Position numbers and translations under genes: made by a program. The notes under the pieces were generated by a model. That model searched no databases. It saw nothing but the letters and a program-made list of their open reading frames with translations, and had not been told where the DNA came from. Below, piece after piece: positions 7,239 to 15,885 of a stretch of 31,104 nucleotides of DNA (position 1 is the stretch's first letter; the number at the start of each line of letters is the position of its first letter). Location of the stretch: NCBI GenBank assembly GCA_044356215.1, contig JBIKWQ010000039.1, positions 1-31,104 of the forward strand, written 5' to 3'. Origin of the DNA: Bdellovibrionota bacterium. GTDB lineage: Bacteria; Bdellovibrionota_C; UBA2361; OMII01.

Positions 7239-9286
7239 GCGCTCCATCTGATACCGTGATTAGACAGGGCGTCGCGGATATGAAAGTTATGAGAATTTTA
7301 GCCGCCTTATTAGCGTTCTTTCTTCTAATTTTATCCCTACTCTTCTGGAGGATGGGACCCAACTCATTTGGGGTACCAGAGTTAAGCGCTCTCGTGGTGA
7401 ATTTTAAGCCTCCACACCTGCCTAAAGCTTCACCACTTTGGTTAGCTGGGCTGGCTTTTAGTTTTACTTCCATTTTAATTCTGCGCGGAACTATCCCAGC
7501 TTTTAAGCCCGATATATCGCTAGAAGCTACGACGAACACTCCGGTTAAGTTTTGGAAAACGATAGCTATAACGCTTATTTGCCTGGGCGGTTTTGTAGCT
7601 ATCTGGTCCCTTGAGCGCGCCAAGCTTTTAGATAGCTACTTTATAGTCACTGGATATTTCACCGCTATTACCTTAGCAGTGGTATTTTTCTGGCGCTTCA
7701 ACACGCCACGCTCTAATCACACGACCAAACTAAACTTTAAAGAGTGGTCATTTATAATCTTCACCACGCTAGCTTTTGGCGCTCTCTACGCCTGTGACGT
7801 CAACTCTTGGCGCTACTCGTTTATCGGGGATGAATACATATTTCTATCAACCGCGCGACGGATGTGGTCCTCAGAGATCTCTTTTGTACCGTGGCTTGAG
7901 GCGTGCGGTGTTTACTGTGGATTCCCCTTTATCACCACACTTTATCAAACTGCGCACTTACTCATCTTTGGTGATAATAATTTCGGTTGGCGCATGTCGG
8001 CTGTAACGGCAACGGCTCTCTGCCTCCCGCCGGCGTATCTATTCTTTAAGAGCATCGCGCGTTACTGCTCGGCTAGCCCAGCTCTGGTAGCGGGACTCGC
8101 CTGCTGCCTATTTTTCTCGCTCGAGCCGATTCAGATCTGGGCCAAAATTGGGAAGCCGCACGCGTTCTTTCTGCCCCCTATATTTTTTAGCTTAGGTGCT
8201 CTAAGCCTGGCTCAAGAAGGCGGCCGCTTGGGGCTCTACGGAATAGCTGGATTGCTCGCGGGTCTTGGGATGTTCTTCTCTCCTGTTGGACCATCGTTAG
8301 CCTTTGCGTCAGTGGGGATATTTCAAGCGCTATTCTTCGCTCAACGTTACTTTAATGAATCTCGTAGCTTTAAATACGATTTTGTTTTACCACTCTGGTT
8401 GTTCGCTCTGGGAGCCATCTTAGGGGGCGCCCCGATCTTCGTTCAGTCTGACTACTTTGAGACTATGTCGCGGCTTAATCTTGAGTCGAGTGAGGCGATA
8501 GCCAACCGCGCATACTTTACGCGCAGAACCGTCCAGGCTCTTTTAGCGTTTATATGGAACGACACAAACGGTCACTTCATCTTAAGCAATCCGTTCAATT
8601 TTATTGTTGGCACATTCACCCTCGCCTCTCTCTGCGCTCGTGGAAGGAGCGCTTTATTAACTCTCGGGGCCTCTATTAGTTTGTTGTTAATCTTCGCGAT
8701 CGCTGTTGGCGGAATGAGCCAGTACGACAGTCCTCCCCCTTCCCGAATTCACCTTCTGGGGATCCCGTTTGCGATCCTATCAGTAATTGGATTAGGTCAC
8801 TTAACACAGCTACCTAGAGGTTTCGCTTTGAGGAGCGTTGTTATTTTATTTGTGTTACTATCGATTCCACTGGCATACGCTAAGATAACTCTTTATAACC
8901 CCTACGTTCATCCACTAGATCAGAAGCCTAGCGCGATTCGAGCCGTACAGTCAGCGACTAGCGCGCCGGTTATTATTCTAACCACCGGAGACAATCCTCT
9001 AATAAGACAGGTTCTGAGCTATATGAGCGAAGCTGAAGCTACTGCCGTTTACGAACGCGTTGAGGCTATGACACCGGATGAGCTAAATGGGATATTTAAG
9101 AACGCCCCCGACAGCGCATCATTTGTTATTACCGAGGATCTTGATTTAGCTCCGGTCATAGAGGCTCAAAGATTTAAAGATAGGATCTATCCGTATAAGA
9201 AATGGGCCGTGCCATCGCCGCCGAAACTATCGCCAACACTTGGGAAAATTGCTGATATCTTGAAGAGACTTGAAAGTCCAAGCTAA
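7235..9286 (+). CDS. GT-C fold (GT39/ArnT-like) membrane glycosyltransferase
   Basis: Many TM segments; IGDEY acidic loop motif; 'IFGDNNFGWRMSAV' matches the FG-x3-RL pattern of PMT/ArnT; possible start ATG 7280. Confidence 0.8.
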   Translation: MSAPSDTVIRQGVADMKVMRILAALLAFFLLILSLLFWRMGPNSFGVPELSALVVNFKPPHLPKASPLWLAGLAFSFTSILILRGTIPAFKPDISLEATTNTPVKFWKTIAITLICLGGFVAIWSLERAKLLDSYFIVTGYFTAITLAVVFFWRFNTPRSNHTTKLNFKEWSFIIFTTLAFGALYACDVNSWRYSFIGDEYIFLSTARRMWSSEISFVPWLEACGVYCGFPFITTLYQTAHLLIFGDNNFGWRMSAVTATALCLPPAYLFFKSIARYCSASPALVAGLACCLFFSLEPIQIWAKIGKPHAFFLPPIFFSLGALSLAQEGGRLGLYGIAGLLAGLGMFFSPVGPSLAFASVGIFQALFFAQRYFNESRSFKYDFVLPLWLFALGAILGGAPIFVQSDYFETMSRLNLESSEAIANRAYFTRRTVQALLAFIWNDTNGHFILSNPFNFIVGTFTLASLCARGRSALLTLGASISLLLIFAIAVGGMSQYDSPPPSRIHLLGIPFAILSVIGLGHLTQLPRGFALRSVVILFVLLSIPLAYAKITLYNPYVHPLDQKPSAIRAVQSATSAPVIILTTGDNPLIRQVLSYMSEAEATAVYERVEAMTPDELNGIFKNAPDSASFVITEDLDLAPVIEAQRFKDRIYPYKKWAVPSPPKLSPTLGKIADILKRLESPS

Positions 9287-9308
9287 GGGTAGGTTTTGCG
9301 GCTTTTCC

Positions 9309-11549
9309 CTAAGGAACTGAATCTGCCTGCTCATTCGTATCACTTAACGAAACCGCACCTAACGGCTTAAGATCGCAAGCTACTATCCTGTAAATATGAA
9401 ACGACGAAACTGTCTGCTCAAATACGACCTCCTCGTGGTTCTCACAGTGCTCTAGGACCTTATTTTGCCTCTCGTTAAAATCGGGGATCTGCGGGGAGTT
9501 GGGGGTTCTTTCAGATATGTAAATCAATCTCTTCCAGTTATTATAGCTCTCTATCAATGGGAGCTGGCGATGGAGATTACTCCACCGATATTCGATCGAT
9601 TCCTTTACTCTTTGAGCCGCTTTGCGCGGATCTTCCGCCGCTGTGGCATAAGATGGATTAGCTACATTAACAACCGACCAGACTACCGGCTTATTTTTTT
9701 CGTCATTTAACGCATCAAGTAAAAGATACGTCATTCGGCCAGGCATATAGTGATCCTGGTACTCGAAAAAAGCTAGAGTTCCCGGCTTAAGCATATCGCG
9801 GATCTTTCTATATACGACCATCTCCCCGGGCTCGGAGATTCTCATATAGCTCATCCCAAACCACTGATAAACACTAGCTAACACCAAGCAGCACGCCACT
9901 GGAACTTCAATCAACGGCGCGATAAATTTCCAAGGGCGCCCCCATAATCTGAATAGCATCCCTCTACAGATCCAATACCCAGCTCCAGCGAGGCAGATAA
10001 GAGCTGGAAAGACAGTCGCCGCACGCCGCGGATATCCCTGATTCGATAACAAACACGGCGCTGAGGCGATAGCTATCCAAGCTAATAAAAGAGCACCCTG
10101 CCTCCACCTGAGATGGCGTATGAAGTAACACAGCGCTACCAGCGAAAATGGTGGAACCATTAAAAAGACAGTTCTCGTCGTTAAAGGGCCAAAATCAGGG
10201 ACATGATCCTGCGGCGGAAGCGCTAGTTGAACCGATGATATCATGGATAAATAAAGCTCCTTCGCGTTTGAGATGATCATTCTTCCCATCATCTCGGCTA
10301 TCATTAACGCCGAAGTGTTCGCGCCGCTCGCCTTCCATCCAACACGCGTGTCGAACCTCCCGGTCAGTAGAGGCGGAGTCCAGCGCCCGTACGCCAAAAA
10401 ATACGCGAAGCTGTGTCCGTGGTACCAGAGTAGCCCTCCCAGAACTAGAAACGGGATCCTGCTGATGTAAAAACCCCAACTACGATCACGGTTAAAAATC
10501 AGTAAGTAAATTAAATAAAGCCACGGGATCGCTACCGCCGTTTGGCCCGAAGGATACTGATGAAAACAGAGCCCCATGCATATCGCTAAAAGAAATGGAT
10601 AGATGATTCCCTTGCGGTGAAAACTTCTGTGAGTTAACCAAACTATAAGCACCGCTGTTAAAGCGGTAGATCCGTGCGGAAATTCATAACGCGCCCAACT
10701 GATCTGCTTAGCGTCGATCGCCAGAGCCATAATAGCGGCCAGAGCCGCACCTCTGCCGATCAGATCCCGCAGGAAGAAATAAATTAACGTCAGAATGATC
10801 ATCGCCGGAATAGCGGCTCCAAAGCGCATCGCTAATAGAGTTGTTCCGAATATCTTTGTCGGGATATAAACAATCACAAAGTAGATCAATCCAAACGGCG
10901 ACCACGGACCTCCATCACCCATGTTAGCCAAGGTCATCGCCTTAAGGTCGTTTCCCGCCATGGTAAACGGCGCCTCCTCTCCCTCAAAGTAATGAAATAG
11001 GTAGTTTAGGGCATAGAAGCGCGTTAGTAACGCCACCGCGAAGATCGCCAGAAAGGCTAAGACCTCCCAAAAAACCAGTGGTGGCCGCGCCGCCTTTTGG
11101 GTATCTTCCGCGCCCCGCTTAACTAAAAAATAGAGCAGGATCATCACCCCAAACGCGCACCCGCCCCATGTAGCATGAGTGTCTGACTGAGTAGCTAGAC
11201 CGATCTGAGCGTAAATCGCCCCTAGAGCAGCTAGCACCAAGAGGGCGCTTGAGGTCGTCGCCCGAGTTCTCGAAAAGAGCGGTGTTATCGCCACTAATCC
11301 GCCAAATCCGATTATAGCCATCTGAAAGTAGGAGAGATAGAGATCGGCGGAGCTCTCTAGGATCTTGCCCCATGGAAGGATAAGATCGACATATGGCTTT
11401 AGTGCCGTGAGCGAAAGCCTAATCGAATTATCATCCAGAAAAGCTATCCAAGTCGCGAACGCTAATAAAGCTACGCTCGCCAGCGATAGGAACACAAATG
11501 GAATAACAGAAGATCTAGACTGCGTCTGAAGGGTTGTATCTTTGGACAT
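9309..11549 (-). CDS. GT-C fold (GT39/ArnT-like) membrane glycosyltransferase
   Basis: 'LLTRFYAL...FEGEE' loop, 'KIFGTTLLAMRFGAAI', 'ISWAR', 'GLCFHQYPSG', 'PRRA'; start placed at ATG 11549 (ORF track 11585). Confidence 0.85.
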   Translation of the reverse strand: MSKDTTLQTQSRSSVIPFVFLSLASVALLAFATWIAFLDDNSIRLSLTALKPYVDLILPWGKILESSADLYLSYFQMAIIGFGGLVAITPLFSRTRATTSSALLVLAALGAIYAQIGLATQSDTHATWGGCAFGVMILLYFLVKRGAEDTQKAARPPLVFWEVLAFLAIFAVALLTRFYALNYLFHYFEGEEAPFTMAGNDLKAMTLANMGDGGPWSPFGLIYFVIVYIPTKIFGTTLLAMRFGAAIPAMIILTLIYFFLRDLIGRGAALAAIMALAIDAKQISWARYEFPHGSTALTAVLIVWLTHRSFHRKGIIYPFLLAICMGLCFHQYPSGQTAVAIPWLYLIYLLIFNRDRSWGFYISRIPFLVLGGLLWYHGHSFAYFLAYGRWTPPLLTGRFDTRVGWKASGANTSALMIAEMMGRMIISNAKELYLSMISSVQLALPPQDHVPDFGPLTTRTVFLMVPPFSLVALCYFIRHLRWRQGALLLAWIAIASAPCLLSNQGYPRRAATVFPALICLAGAGYWICRGMLFRLWGRPWKFIAPLIEVPVACCLVLASVYQWFGMSYMRISEPGEMVVYRKIRDMLKPGTLAFFEYQDHYMPGRMTYLLLDALNDEKNKPVVWSVVNVANPSYATAAEDPRKAAQRVKESIEYRWSNLHRQLPLIESYNNWKRLIYISERTPNSPQIPDFNERQNKVLEHCENHEEVVFEQTVSSFHIYRIVACDLKPLGAVSLSDTNEQADSVP

Positions 11550-11725
11550 TCTATAAGTTTTAGCCGGAAACAGCCGGTGTCGCAAACGGGGATCTGCAGT
11601 AGGTGTAGCGGCGCCCGCGCGAGTTTTTGCTTGATAAGCGCGCTAGACGCGTTAGTAGGGTGGGTGGTATTTCTCCTGAGGTTTGGTTAGGATCTGACGA
11701 GCTAAGACGCTCAAGGGGAGTTTCC

Positions 11726-13138
11726 ATGCGGGAACAAAACGATATCAGAGCTGAATCCATTCTATCAAACAGCGCCGCCATCTGGCCGAATCAAAACGCC
11801 GTAATCGATCCTCACGGCGCTTATACCTATTCTAAGCTATACAGTGATGCTCAGAGCTTCGCGCATACCCTTATCTCAAAATCAGCCCTACCGGGTTCGA
11901 TTGTCGGCGTTGAAAGTACAAAAGCCGCGGATTTTTTGGTCGCTCTATTTGGGTCCCTTTACGCCGGATGCGTAGCTATTCCAGTGGCGCCAAACTTATC
12001 CGAGGCAGAGAAGTCGCGACTATTAGCGGAAGCCAGTATAAATTGGTTGGTGCGTCCCTCAAAGGATACCGCTGGGGATGCTTCGGAGATAGTTGCTATT
12101 AACCCCTCTTCGGATTCTCCGATCCTTAAAGTGTTTCCAGATGCCGCCTTAATGCGCCACACCTCCGGCACTACCGCTAAATCAAAGGGCGTGGTGCTCT
12201 CTCACAGCGCGACCCTTGAGAGAGCTAGGGTGTCACAGGAGCTGTTAGGGCTATCTAATAAAGACGTGCTACTAGCCCCCCTATCGATCTCCTATCACTT
12301 TATCGCCTCGGCTCTAGCCTGCTTACGAGCTGGAGCAACCCTGATCGACTGCGCCACCCTGACCGCCCCTGAAATTCTGAACTTTGGGGCTGCATGTGGA
12401 GCGACTGTCGTTTACGCGTCTCCTAATCAATACGACCTACTCGTCCGATCAACGACATTAGGGACTATTCCATCGCTTCTTCGGGCGGTGTCAACATCAG
12501 CCCTCCTACGGGGCGATATCGCTCATAAATTCTTCGCGCGTTTTGGTACTCGACTTACTCAGGTTTACGGAATAATTGAAGTCGGTTTGCCGATCTGGAA
12601 TGAACTCGAATCAATCAATCCTTCAGCGCTTGGGATCTGCAGACTACCTTATGAATGTGATGTGGTTGATGAACTTGGTGCTCCGGTCGCGCGCGGTGAT
12701 ATAGGTGAGTTAATCATCCGCGGGCCTGGATTATTTTCAGGTTATTTTTTCGGTAATAACGCCGGAGCTCCGCATCTTAGAAACCAGTGGTTTTACACGG
12801 GCGATCTGGTGACGCGGGACGAGTTGGGCATTATTATATACAGAGGTCGAAAGAAATCCGTTATTAATCTGCGCGGAAACAAGATCTTCCCAGAGGAGAT
12901 CGAGGAAGTTTTAAAAACGGCTCCCGAGATATCGGCAGTTCGCGTGCTAACTGAGTATGACCCATCTCTAGGGGATTTTCTGGTCGCGGAGATTGTTATA
13001 GGGGACCAAACCAAGTCAAATCCAGATGCGTGGCGCAGGCTGTGTTCGCGAGAGCTCTCTTCTTATAAAGTTCCCGTCGAATTTAGAGTCGTTGAGGAGT
13101 TACCTACTACTGGATCAGGAAAGATCGTTAGATACTGA
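11726..13138 (+). CDS. AMP-binding (class I adenylate-forming) enzyme, acyl-CoA ligase-like
   Basis: HTSGTTAKSKG P-loop, VYGIIE, FYTGD, GRKKSVI..GNKIFPEEIE, LPTTGSGKI; ATG 11726 preceded by GGAG. Confidence 0.92.
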   Translation: MREQNDIRAESILSNSAAIWPNQNAVIDPHGAYTYSKLYSDAQSFAHTLISKSALPGSIVGVESTKAADFLVALFGSLYAGCVAIPVAPNLSEAEKSRLLAEASINWLVRPSKDTAGDASEIVAINPSSDSPILKVFPDAALMRHTSGTTAKSKGVVLSHSATLERARVSQELLGLSNKDVLLAPLSISYHFIASALACLRAGATLIDCATLTAPEILNFGAACGATVVYASPNQYDLLVRSTTLGTIPSLLRAVSTSALLRGDIAHKFFARFGTRLTQVYGIIEVGLPIWNELESINPSALGICRLPYECDVVDELGAPVARGDIGELIIRGPGLFSGYFFGNNAGAPHLRNQWFYTGDLVTRDELGIIIYRGRKKSVINLRGNKIFPEEIEEVLKTAPEISAVRVLTEYDPSLGDFLVAEIVIGDQTKSNPDAWRRLCSRELSSYKVPVEFRVVEELPTTGSGKIVRY

Positions 13139-14740
13139 GGGGGGAACCTCTCGCCAAAGGCTCCAATCACCCACCTGTATTTTTGTATCCACTCTTTCAA
13201 TCGCTCGCGCGAAGTTTTTCCAATATTCCTCTGGCGGCTCTCCACGCAGCACAAACAAAGCGGGCTTTCCGGCAGCTTGATCCGCCCTTTTGGCGGCTTG
13301 AATAGCCCATGAATCCCACAGATCTGCCCAAATAACACTTTGCTCACGCGGTCCATACACAAGCTTGGTGTAGTAGATCCCCCATGAGCCTACTATAATT
13401 AGGTGAGACTTAGCGAAGCGCTCGTTAATCTCCTCATTTAAAGCGAATAGCTTTCTATCGAACTCATAGGTCACTGGCTCCAAGTTAGCCAAGAGAAAAT
13501 AAAGCCTCATATTCACTATCGCGAAAGCCACTAGTAAACATCCAATGAGCGGCCCAATTCGCGGAGGCAAAGTTGAAAAAATCGCGATCAAAAGAATTGG
13601 ATAAACGGGGATCAGATGATGCATCCCCCAACTTCTTGACACCGCCGAGATGGAAAAGATACCGCCAGCGAAGATTAGCAGGCAAAGGAAGCTAAAAAGA
13701 CGGAAGCGCCGAACTGGCGCGAAGAACCAGCTAATTATCAAGATCAGTCCAATGATAATCCACAACTCAATTCCCTCAAGCGGTGAATCGAAATTGATGG
13801 CGTGTTCCACATGAGCCGACAAAAGAGGCCTAATAAGATATTGCGCGAGCGCCACCTCAAAATGCTTCCATATCACGCTGATAGACAGCCATATGCCGCC
13901 ACCTGTCGCCACTCTATCAGAGGGGTTAAGAAAAGATGTGTAGAGCGGGTTGCCCCACCGATCGACCGCTGTAAACCAAATAAACGAGCCGCACAAAAAA
14001 ATAAAAGCGGCCCACACGCTCTGAAGAATAAAGGCTCGCCTCCTAAACTCCCACACCATCTTGAGGCCGAAAAACCATACACATAAAGCTTGGATCGTTA
14101 GGTATGTCGGCATGTAAGCCACATTATTCACGCGAAAGAGCAATATCACAAAATTTAATAGCCCGATCGCGGTAACGACAAACCATGACCGCCGACGAGA
14201 CGCGACCAAATCAGCAATCCATCTCTTGCACAGAAACACGAGGAGAAAAACCGATGTAGTAGTTAAACTAAGCTGCCCCACATCAGCAAAATGTTGAAAA
14301 ACGTAGGGCATAAAAAGGAGAAGCACTCCAAGCACCAGCCAAACCGAATGACTAAATACGCTGCTAATAAGCGCCGCTTGAACGCCTATCAGGAAGACGC
14401 CAAAAAACTTGGCTGAGTACGGATGCTTCCAAATTAAGTACAGCGGTAAATAAAAGAGCCCTTGCAAAGAGCCCACATATCCATACGACCTAGCTGGAAG
14501 GTAGATAGGCTCCGCTGTAAACCAGTGAAGCGGGGCTAAATCAAACACACGGCAGGGCTCTCGTCCCCTGTTCCAGGCGTCATTAAATGGTTGGGTCTTA
14601 CAAGCTAGCGCGTGATAGACAAGGAACTCGTCCATTGTGACCGAGGCTACCTCGGCCAATAGAAACGTCGCGATGAGAGTAGCAAAGACTATCCCTAGTA
14701 GCGTCATCCACCTAGAATTTACTAAGATAGGAAATCGCAC
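13115..14740 (-). CDS. Probable GT-C fold membrane glycosyltransferase
   Basis: First TM followed by TMDEF (DE motif), 'YVGSLQGLFYLP', about 11 TM segments, 'HHLIPVYP'; alternative start ATG 14707; 3' end overlaps the convergent ligase gene by 24 bp. Confidence 0.72.
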   Translation of the reverse strand: MRFPILVNSRWMTLLGIVFATLIATFLLAEVASVTMDEFLVYHALACKTQPFNDAWNRGREPCRVFDLAPLHWFTAEPIYLPARSYGYVGSLQGLFYLPLYLIWKHPYSAKFFGVFLIGVQAALISSVFSHSVWLVLGVLLLFMPYVFQHFADVGQLSLTTTSVFLLVFLCKRWIADLVASRRRSWFVVTAIGLLNFVILLFRVNNVAYMPTYLTIQALCVWFFGLKMVWEFRRRAFILQSVWAAFIFLCGSFIWFTAVDRWGNPLYTSFLNPSDRVATGGGIWLSISVIWKHFEVALAQYLIRPLLSAHVEHAINFDSPLEGIELWIIIGLILIISWFFAPVRRFRLFSFLCLLIFAGGIFSISAVSRSWGMHHLIPVYPILLIAIFSTLPPRIGPLIGCLLVAFAIVNMRLYFLLANLEPVTYEFDRKLFALNEEINERFAKSHLIIVGSWGIYYTKLVYGPREQSVIWADLWDSWAIQAAKRADQAAGKPALFVLRGEPPEEYWKNFARAIERVDTKIQVGDWSLWREVPPSVSNDLS

Positions 14741-14957
14741 GCTATTTTACCTTCTAAACGGTGAGATCGATCCTGAACCTACCAAATTCGCGACTGCTCG
14801 GCAAATAAGACGCGCGAAAACAGCATATTGAGCTATATAATTACTACGACGGAACGAAAAGTCCGGTGAGTAGTTAGCACAAATTTAAGGCCTTTTCTCT
14901 TGCTTCGATTAGTTTACCTCATTAAATTCTGAAGTAACGCGAGCGACTAGATTATTT

Positions 14958-15872
14958 ATGATTGAACAAGAAGCGCTGAAGGGGCAGTGTAAAGCTGATA
15001 CACGATCACGGATGGAGTCTCTTTTGGACGATTCGTTATCGCTCATATCGTCATTTGATACTTTGCTAAGGAGCGGGACCTTCACACCCCTCAAACATCT
15101 ACGAGATCCAATTATCAAATCACTCAGAGACTTATCGGAATTGGTATACGCGGTTGATAAGCCGCTTAACATCAATGACTCATCCCGAGGGCTCGGAGGC
15201 ATGAGAAACGATTTAGCAGCTAGCTCAATCGAAGCGTTATCGGCTCGATTAAAAGAACTCGAGCTTAATCCCAGCGACTCTTGGAAAACCGCTCGAGCAT
15301 TCTCCAAGGGCGCATGGAGTTGCCTCAAGTTAATAAATCGGTCCGCACGCAAATTGACCAAAGGCGCTTTAAGGACCTCCTCCGATCGAGCGAGAGCAAA
15401 GAGGCTCGCGATTATAGTTCCGTCATTACTAGCCTTGGCGATCTTGATATCGCTAGCTTTACCCAGCGCTTATAAATCATGGCGCTTTTCAAAACTTAAC
15501 CCTACCTCCACGCGCCGAATTGAGGACCTAAAAAGTTTAGAGAAGGCCCTGATCAGCTTCGGAGCGGAGCGCGGCTACTACCCAAAGACCGATGGTCGCT
15601 GGGACGGTCTCTACTCTGACTTTGGCAGAAGCGATCCTAACTGGATCCCTGAATTAACGCCAAAATATATCGCTTCTCTACCTAGAGACCCGCGTGGACA
15701 TACCAAAGGCGACGAGCAGTACCTTTACTGGTCCGACGGCAAGGATTTTAAAGTCATCGCGCACAACGTGCCGGACGCCGTCTCTGTGAAAGACGCTCTT
15801 CCCGAGATGTACGACACCGCCCGTCCTGGAAGATCAATCGGAGTATGGAGCGCTGGCGCCGCACTTAAATAA
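14958..15872 (+). CDS. Membrane-anchored protein with C-terminal GspG/pseudopilin-like domain
   Basis: About 150-aa helical N-terminal region, one TM (LAIIVPSLLALAILISLAL), then RRIEDLKSLEKAL..FGAERGYYP...WIPELTPKYIASLPRDP...YLYWS, typical of T2SS G-type pseudopilin heads. Confidence 0.7.
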   Translation: MIEQEALKGQCKADTRSRMESLLDDSLSLISSFDTLLRSGTFTPLKHLRDPIIKSLRDLSELVYAVDKPLNINDSSRGLGGMRNDLAASSIEALSARLKELELNPSDSWKTARAFSKGAWSCLKLINRSARKLTKGALRTSSDRARAKRLAIIVPSLLALAILISLALPSAYKSWRFSKLNPTSTRRIEDLKSLEKALISFGAERGYYPKTDGRWDGLYSDFGRSDPNWIPELTPKYIASLPRDPRGHTKGDEQYLYWSDGKDFKVIAHNVPDAVSVKDALPEMYDTARPGRSIGVWSAGAALK

Positions 15873-15885
15873 GGAATAGGTATTT

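Noticed and set aside
7266..7275. AGGGCGTCGC partial match to the family A TIR
   Set aside because: Only 10 nt, with no partner TIR or hairpin; compatible with chance.
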